Assembly: GCA_963803435.1 (NCBI GenBank)
Contig: CAWDML010000001.1
Coordinates: 2,368,001 to 2,432,000, forward strand
Direction: 5' to 3'
Length of the DNA: 64,000 bases
Source: an uncultured delta proteobacterium
GTDB taxonomy: Bacteria; Myxococcota; Kuafuiibacteriia; Kuafuiibacteriales; Kuafuiibacteriaceae
Below, piece after piece: positions 58,131 to 64,000 of this stretch. Positions within the stretch are counted from its first letter, which is position 1; every line of letters begins with the position of its first letter. Under the pieces are notes generated by a model that saw only the letters and a program-made list of their open reading frames with translations, was not told the DNA's origin and ran no database searches. The position numbers were made by a program, and so were the translations under genes.

Positions 58131-61100
58131 AGCCACGGACCGGCGCCGCTGCGGGGCTCGGCCTCGGTGCAGCCGCAGGAGCTTCCGCCGCCGGGCTCCA
58201 CCACGCGGATGGAGAGGGGCTGCAACCTGGATTGCATCGCGCCGTCGGTCACCTGCACGGCGAACACCGCGGTCTCGAGCGCGGACGGGGTCCCGCTGAT
58301 CGTCCCCTCCTCGGAGAGCTCGAGTCCGCCGGGGAGCGCGCCGCTGTCGATCGTCCACCGGTAGGGCTCGACGCCCTGTCGTGCGGTCAGCTTCGCGGCA
58401 TAGGGCTCGCCACGGACCGCATCCTGGAGCGTGGTCAGGCTGATCGAGAGCTCACTCGCGTCCCGCACGCGGAGGATGAACAGCGAGGTGTCGAACACGC
58501 CGGTCCCATCCTGGGCGCGCACGAGCATCGGGAAGTCGCCGGTGGACGAGGGCGCGCCGCACAGCGAGCCCGCCGACGAGAGCGTCATCCCGGGAGGTGG
58601 GCCGGAGAGCGCGGTCCAGACGTAGGGTGGGAGCCCGCCGCTCGCGTACAGCTTGATCGTCTCCGGCTGGCAATACTCGGCCCCGAAGGTGGCGTCGGGG
58701 AGCGGCGCCTGCGTGATGGCGACGGTGCGGTCCGGGCTGACCACGTTGAGCGCGACGTCGGCCGTCGCCGCGCTGCCCTCTGCGTCCGTCACCACCACCG
58801 CCAGCGCGTACGCGCCCGCCTGCGTGGGCGTACCGCCGATGCCGCCGGTCGAGGTGGCGGTGAGACCCTCCGGCAGCGCCGAGCGCACCCCGAACGTGTA
58901 CGGCGTGGCGCCGCCCACCGCGACCAGCTCCGTCTGATAGGGCCTCCCCACGATCGCGTACGGGAGCATCCGGGTCACGATCTCGATCGGAACGGTGCCG
59001 CCGCGGACCCGCAGCGCTAGGCCGCGCTCGGCGTGGGCGTTCCCGGCGGACACGCGCACGATGAACGGATAGAGCCCGTCCTCGGTGGCCGTCCCCATGA
59101 TCGTCCCCGCCAGCTGATCGAGCGCGAGCCCTGGCGGAAGCGCACCGGAGGTGACGGTCCAGGTCCGGTTCGCCGCGGGGCCGGAGGCGAAGAGCTGCGC
59201 GGAGTAGGGGGCGCCCAGCACGGCCGCGGGGAGCTGGTCGGTGTACACCGAGAGCGCCGCCGGAAAGACGCGCACCTCAGGGCCGAGCGCGACGTTGTTG
59301 GACTCGTCGGTCTCGAGCAGCTGATCGCCCGGATCCGCGACGAGCCCCAGGCGATAGACGCCGGGCGGCACGGTGGCCGGCAGGTTCACGATGTCGATCG
59401 AGCGGTCGTAGTCCCCGATCTGCAGCTGGGCGCTCAGCGAGGCGATGAGGAGGTCGTCTGCAGGCGCGATCTCGTCGTTGGCGGAGAGATAGTAGCCGTA
59501 GGTGAACGGAGGCGAGTCAGCCACCCCCAGGTTCTGGAGCGTACGCGTCACCGCCAGGTCCTCGCCGGCGGCCACCTCGAGCGGCGCCTCGTCGATCCGT
59601 GCCCACAGGTCCGCGACCGGCAGGAGGATCTGGAGCTGACCGGGGAGGAACGAGATGTTGTCGCCCTCGTCCGACTCGCTGACCGCGGCGTCGACGTCGA
59701 GGATCACGCCCAGCTGGACGTATCGACTCGGCACCGCCTGCGGCGGGAGGTCGATCATGTCGGTGAGGACGCGAGACTGACCCGCGGGGATCGGTCCCGT
59801 CGTCGCCACGAACAGCTCGGTGCCGTCGGGAGGACGAAGGAGGCCGTTGGTCGTGAAGTAGTAGCCGTAGCGGAAGCCGGCCGCGTCGACGACGTCGGTG
59901 TTCGAGACGACGAGCTGGACCGGAAAGGGGATCCCGACGAACGCCTGCGCGCCCGCGGAGAGCGAGGTGACGGCGAGGTTCGGGCCCTCGATGTCGAGGT
60001 CGAAGAAGCTGTCGTCCCAGTTGTTCGTCTCGCTCGGCTCGACGATCTGGTTGGCCGGATCCGCCTCGACGATGAGCTCGTAGCTACCGGGCGGGACCTG
60101 GGCGCCGATGGTGATCGTGGCGGTGACGGCGTTCGTGACGGTCCCGGCAATCGCGATCGTCCCGTCGAGGACGCGAAGGTCGCCCGGATCGGGAGAGGAG
60201 TCCCGCGATAAGGAGATGGCGAACCCCACCGTCCCGAAGAACGGGCTCCCCTCCGCGCTCAGCGTGAACGTGACGTGCACCTGGTCGCCCGGCCTGGCTG
60301 ACGAGGCGTCGAAGTCGACGCCGTAGACGCGGAGGTCGGTGCCGCTGCCGATCCGCTGATCGTCGATGAACACGTTGTTCGCCTCGCTCGCCTCTGCCAC
60401 CTGCGACTGCGGATCGACGACCGCGATCAGGTAGTGACCGGTGGGCGGGAGGGACGCCGGGAACAGCGGCATCCGTGCGTCGGCGACGGCCGCCTGCCCC
60501 GTGAAGCTGACGGTGTACTCGCCGACCATGGTGTCCTGCGGGTCGAAGGCCCGATCGGCGGAGAGGAAGAGTCGATAGGCGACCTGGCCGGTGTACGGCG
60601 CGCCCGACGATCCGACGGTGGTCGTCACCATCATCGGCTGACCGGGCGTCGCCTGCGTGGGGCCGGCGACGTCGTCGATCCGGAGGTCCGGGCCGGACGC
60701 GAAGACCGTCGTGCCCACCCGCGTGTTGTTGAAGTCGTTCACCTCCGGGATCAGGTTGTTCGGATCGGCGATCGCGATCGGGTAGTAGAGCCCCGACGGA
60801 ATGGCCGGCATCGTGAGCGTCGCCGGCAAGGTCTCGCTGGGCAGCCCGGTGAGCGTGATCGACGCGAGGCCGAGCACCGGATCGTTGACGTCGTAGATCG
60901 GATCCGGCGAGGCGACGAACCGCACCTGGAGCGAACCCGAGTACGCCACGCCCGTATTGACGATCGTGACCATGAAGGCGATCGGCTGCCCCGGATTGGC
61001 ACCGCCGGGCGAGACCAGCTGGGAGATGCCGAGCTCGGGTCCGACCGGAAACGCCTGTGCGCCCACGGCCAGGTTGTCGTTCTCGTCGTACTCCACGATC

Positions 61101-62440
61101 GCATTGTTCGGATCGACGCGGAGCACCGGGTAGTAGCTCCCGGTCGGGATGCTCGGCACCGTCACCGGGATGGAGAAGGTCTCGGTGGCCGCCCCGGTGA
61201 GGTTGATGGTGGCGGTGCCGAGCACCGGGTCCTGAGCCTCGTAGGTGCGGTTCGTCGAGCCGTAGATCCGAACGGTCACCGGGCCGGCGTACGCGACGCC
61301 GACGTTCCCGATCCCGATGTCGACCGACAGAGTGCCGCCTGGGTTCGCGCCGTTCACGGCCAGCGCGCCGGCTGCGGTGAGGTTGCGGGCGGTGGCGAAG
61401 GGCGCCGCGGCCGCCGAGACGTTGTTGGTCTCCGCGACCTCGTTGACCGCGTTGTTGGAGTCGACGAACAAGAGCAGCGTGTAGTTTCCGGGCGGTGCAC
61501 CCGGGGGGACGCTGACCGTGGCGGTCAGCGTCGTGGGCACGTTCCCCGCGAGGAGCTGAGGTACCGTGAAGGTGCCCACCAGGAGATCGCTCGCGTCGAC
61601 CTGCGCGTCTGCCGACAGATACAGCGACGACTGCACGTTGCTGGCGCTCTGCGTCCCGACGTTTCGCAGCGTGACCTGCCCGACGGCCGACTGGCCTGGC
61701 AGCGCTCCCCGCGGGAACATGCCCACGCTCCCCTGGAGCTCCGGCCCCTGGGCGAGCTGCACCGCGTAGACGTTGCCGGTCATGCCGGCGTAGTCGAGGT
61801 GGTTGCAGTACGGGGAGCCGTTGGAGCAGGCGAGGAACGCGCCGGAGGGAACGCCGTCCGGTCCCTCCCAGCCGGTGGTCGCCGAGTAGCCCTCGGCGGC
61901 GTCGAGCTCACCGTCGACCCGCACCTCGAAGCGTCCGGCCACACCTTCGTACAGCCAGACCTGCCAGTTGCCGTCGGCGACGTTTCCGAACGCGTAGTGC
62001 TCCCAGCCTCGGACCTCGATCACGAACACCCGGTTCGGCGCGCTGCCGAGGGTACCGTAGCTCGCATAGCCGTCGACCAAGGGGACCACCAGGTCGTCCC
62101 ACCACACCGCGATGACGTTGTCGGCCCCGCTCGGCGATCCGATCGGATAGTTCGAGTACGAGCCGAAGTCGGTGTTCTGACCGAAGACCACGTAGCCGTT
62201 CACCGCGACGCGGGCCTCCGTGTACGGTTGGCCGAGATAGTTGAAGATGAACGGGATCGGGACGGTCGCGTTGCCCTCGTCGGTGCTCGAGAAGCTGAAC
62301 GGGGTGACATTCTGGGCCCCCGGGAGCGACGCGAGCGGCAAGTAGGGGCCGGGCGTCACCGTCTGCACGTAGAACTGTGCGCGGGCTTCGTTCGCGAAAA
62401 AGAGGAGACAGAATACGGAGACGACCGAGAGTCGTTTCAC
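58070..62440 (-). CDS. Large surface protein with CARDB repeats, putative Ig domains and MYXO-CTERM-like anchor
   Basis: Signal peptide; repeated D..N.V.E..E.NN units; GALPPGL/Y.F.V Ig repeats; tail SSCGC...WLQLVLISLALAWRSRRFRRA. Confidence 0.92.
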   Translation of the reverse strand: MKRLSVVSVFCLLFFANEARAQFYVQTVTPGPYLPLASLPGAQNVTPFSFSSTDEGNATVPIPFIFNYLGQPYTEARVAVNGYVVFGQNTDFGSYSNYPIGSPSGADNVIAVWWDDLVVPLVDGYASYGTLGSAPNRVFVIEVRGWEHYAFGNVADGNWQVWLYEGVAGRFEVRVDGELDAAEGYSATTGWEGPDGVPSGAFLACSNGSPYCNHLDYAGMTGNVYAVQLAQGPELQGSVGMFPRGALPGQSAVGQVTLRNVGTQSASNVQSSLYLSADAQVDASDLLVGTFTVPQLLAGNVPTTLTATVSVPPGAPPGNYTLLLFVDSNNAVNEVAETNNVSAAAAPFATARNLTAAGALAVNGANPGGTLSVDIGIGNVGVAYAGPVTVRIYGSTNRTYEAQDPVLGTATINLTGAATETFSIPVTVPSIPTGSYYPVLRVDPNNAIVEYDENDNLAVGAQAFPVGPELGISQLVSPGGANPGQPIAFMVTIVNTGVAYSGSLQVRFVASPDPIYDVNDPVLGLASITLTGLPSETLPATLTMPAIPSGLYYPIAIADPNNLIPEVNDFNNTRVGTTVFASGPDLRIDDVAGPTQATPGQPMMVTTTVGSSGAPYTGQVAYRLFLSADRAFDPQDTMVGEYTVSFTGQAAVADARMPLFPASLPPTGHYLIAVVDPQSQVAEASEANNVFIDDQRIGSGTDLRVYGVDFDASSARPGDQVHVTFTLSAEGSPFFGTVGFAISLSRDSSPDPGDLRVLDGTIAIAGTVTNAVTATITIGAQVPPGSYELIVEADPANQIVEPSETNNWDDSFFDLDIEGPNLAVTSLSAGAQAFVGIPFPVQLVVSNTDVVDAAGFRYGYYFTTNGLLRPPDGTELFVATTGPIPAGQSRVLTDMIDLPPQAVPSRYVQLGVILDVDAAVSESDEGDNISFLPGQLQILLPVADLWARIDEAPLEVAAGEDLAVTRTLQNLGVADSPPFTYGYYLSANDEIAPADDLLIASLSAQLQIGDYDRSIDIVNLPATVPPGVYRLGLVADPGDQLLETDESNNVALGPEVRVFPAALSVYTDQLPAAVLGAPYSAQLFASGPAANRTWTVTSGALPPGLALDQLAGTIMGTATEDGLYPFIVRVSAGNAHAERGLALRVRGGTVPIEIVTRMLPYAIVGRPYQTELVAVGGATPYTFGVRSALPEGLTATSTGGIGGTPTQAGAYALAVVVTDAEGSAATADVALNVVSPDRTVAITQAPLPDATFGAEYCQPETIKLYASGGLPPYVWTALSGPPPGMTLSSAGSLCGAPSSTGDFPMLVRAQDGTGVFDTSLFILRVRDASELSISLTTLQDAVRGEPYAAKLTARQGVEPYRWTIDSGALPGGLELSEEGTISGTPSALETAVFAVQVTDGAMQSRLQPLSIRVVEPGGGSSCGCTEAEPRSGAGPWLQLVLISLALAWRSRRFRRA

Positions 62441-62461
62441 CGCTGGGAGCGTAGCACCAAC

Positions 62462-62959
62462 TCAGTCCTCAAGCTCCTTGGGCCGGAGGATCCGGTGGAT
62501 CTTCCATGAGGGCGCGATGTTCCAAGCGTCGACCCACGTCGCACCCGTACCCTCGAGCAAAGCCGCCGCCGCCGTGGGCAGTCGCTGGTCTTCACCCGTG
62601 AGGAAGGTGAGCACCTCTTCCCAACCGTCGTTGTGTCCGAGGAGCAGGAGCGTGCGCACCTCGGGCGGCGCCAGCGCCACCTCGCTCCGGACCTCGCCGA
62701 GCCCGGCCAGATACAGGCGGCGCGTGAACGTCACCTCGGGGTGCTCGAACACCGGCTCCATGTGGGCCCAGGTCTGGCGGGTCCGCGCCGAGTCGGACGA
62801 GAGGACCAGCTCGGGCGCCCAGCCGAGCTTCGCGAGCTCGGCGGCGATCCTGGGCGCGTCCCTCTTCCCGCGCTTGCCGAGCGGGCGCGCGTGGTCGGTC
62901 GGAGCCTCCTTCTTCCAGGAGCTCTTCGCGTGTCGCATGAGAATGATCCGCCGTTCCAT
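62462..62959 (-). CDS. SixA-like phosphohistidine phosphatase
   Basis: LMRHAKSSW, DHARPL..RG, SS.S.RT.QT, LLGHN. Confidence 0.9.
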   Translation of the reverse strand: MERRIILMRHAKSSWKKEAPTDHARPLGKRGKRDAPRIAAELAKLGWAPELVLSSDSARTRQTWAHMEPVFEHPEVTFTRRLYLAGLGEVRSEVALAPPEVRTLLLLGHNDGWEEVLTFLTGEDQRLPTAAAALLEGTGATWVDAWNIAPSWKIHRILRPKELED

Positions 62960-62979
62960 CCGCGCCTCCTACAGAGCGA

Positions 62980-64000
62980 TCAGAAGCGCAGCAGCACGGT
63001 CTGCTGCTTCAACTTCGTGTCACGGCGCACCGTCAGATCGATGTTGCCGTTCTCGGGATCGAGCTTGAACGGGCTGGCGTACTTCGGCAGGTCCTTCTTC
63101 TCCTGGGCCTTTGCCTTCACCAGCGCCTTGAACTCCGGGTCGCCGAGCAACGGCTTGAAGTCGGGGTCGCTCTCGAAGACGGCGCGGTCTCGATAGCCTT
63201 CGTCCACCGCCATCCGGAGCTCCCGCAGCGCGTTGGCCGGGACGCCTGACTGCATCCACATCTTGGCGAGGTCGTAGCGGGCGCGCCCGCGGGTGCGCCA
63301 CTCGCTGAGCGCGGTCGCGGAGCGGATCGCCGCGTCGAGCTCCTTCTCCGCGGCCGGGATCTGCCCCTTCTTCAGCTGCGCGTAGCCGAGCCGCAGGTGG
63401 ACCTCGCCGCGCGCGCCGCCTTCGGCAACGATGCGCTTCAGGATCGTGATCGCGTCGTCGTACTTCTTCGCGTCGACCAGCCGACTCGCCATTTCCAGCA
63501 GCAGCTCGGAGTCGGACGGCGCGAGGCGCAAGCCTTGGCGGGTCGACTCGATCGCTTCGTCGATCTTCCCCAGCTTCGACTGGGCGTACCCGATCCGGCC
63601 CATCACCCACGGTTGGCGCGGCACCGCCTTCAGGTAGGCCTGGAAGACGGCCAGCGCCTGGTCGTAGCGCATCAGCGCCACCAGCGTGTCGCCGAGGTAG
63701 CCGCGGGCGAGGAGGAAGCCGGGCTGGCGCTCGATCGCCTGCTCGAGCGTCTTCACCGCGGCGTCGACGTCGTAGCGACGGCTGACCACCCAAAACTTTC
63801 CGATCCAGTACATCGGGAGGAAACGCTTCGAGTCCTTCACCTTCGCCAGGTGTTTCTCCGCGGCGGCTTGATCCTCCTTCAGGGCGTAGAGGAACCCGAG
63901 CGCCGCGTGCGCGTCCTCGAAGCCACCGCTCTCGCCCTTGTCGAGCTCGAGCGCTTGCTCGCAGGAGCGGATGGCGCCGCCAATGCGGTTCGCATCGAGC
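62980..64000 (-). CDS. TPR repeat protein (5' part lies outside the window)
   Basis: Multiple TPR units; C-terminal AVDEGY......DPDF..L...PEF motif. Confidence 0.85.
   Translation of the reverse strand, partial: LDANRIGGAIRSCEQALELDKGESGGFEDAHAALGFLYALKEDQAAAEKHLAKVKDSKRFLPMYWIGKFWVVSRRYDVDAAVKTLEQAIERQPGFLLARGYLGDTLVALMRYDQALAVFQAYLKAVPRQPWVMGRIGYAQSKLGKIDEAIESTRQGLRLAPSDSELLLEMASRLVDAKKYDDAITILKRIVAEGGARGEVHLRLGYAQLKKGQIPAAEKELDAAIRSATALSEWRTRGRARYDLAKMWMQSGVPANALRELRMAVDEGYRDRAVFESDPDFKPLLGDPEFKALVKAKAQEKKDLPKYASPFKLDPENGNIDLTVRRDTKLKQQTVLLRF

Overview
High-GC, gene-dense bacterial DNA with Myxococcota-like content: three Ser/Thr kinases with PEGA tails, a TIGR02996 protein, Cys-rich repeats, a MYXO-CTERM-like surface protein and a PilZ-like/Hsp70 fusion. 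At least ten genes are broken by single-base indels, most likely long-read consensus errors. The strongest candidate for a new system is the minus-strand locus at about 21.2-25.9 kb. It starts with a Y-RNA-like ncRNA carrying a complete circularly permuted tRNA-like domain (YrlA type), followed by a divergent Ro60/TROVE-like vWA protein, a protein with an E2-like 'GICL' cysteine motif, a second short Y-RNA-like copy, and JAB, ubiquitin-like and E1/ThiF genes. This appears to couple a Ro/Y RNP to a ubiquitin-like conjugation pathway. The second highlight is a full-length, intronless homologue of eukaryotic PRMT5 (5754-7357). Also present: a MauG/BthA-like peroxidase, Tat phosphoesterase and SoxA/TsdA-like cytochrome operon behind a decayed Fur gene; a SiaABC-like partner-switch module; isolated T3SS genes (sctV plus a class II chaperone) with candidate substrates; and two complementary deletion derivatives of an IS1182/four-helix-bundle element. 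All family assignments come from motif recognition by eye; no database searches were run.
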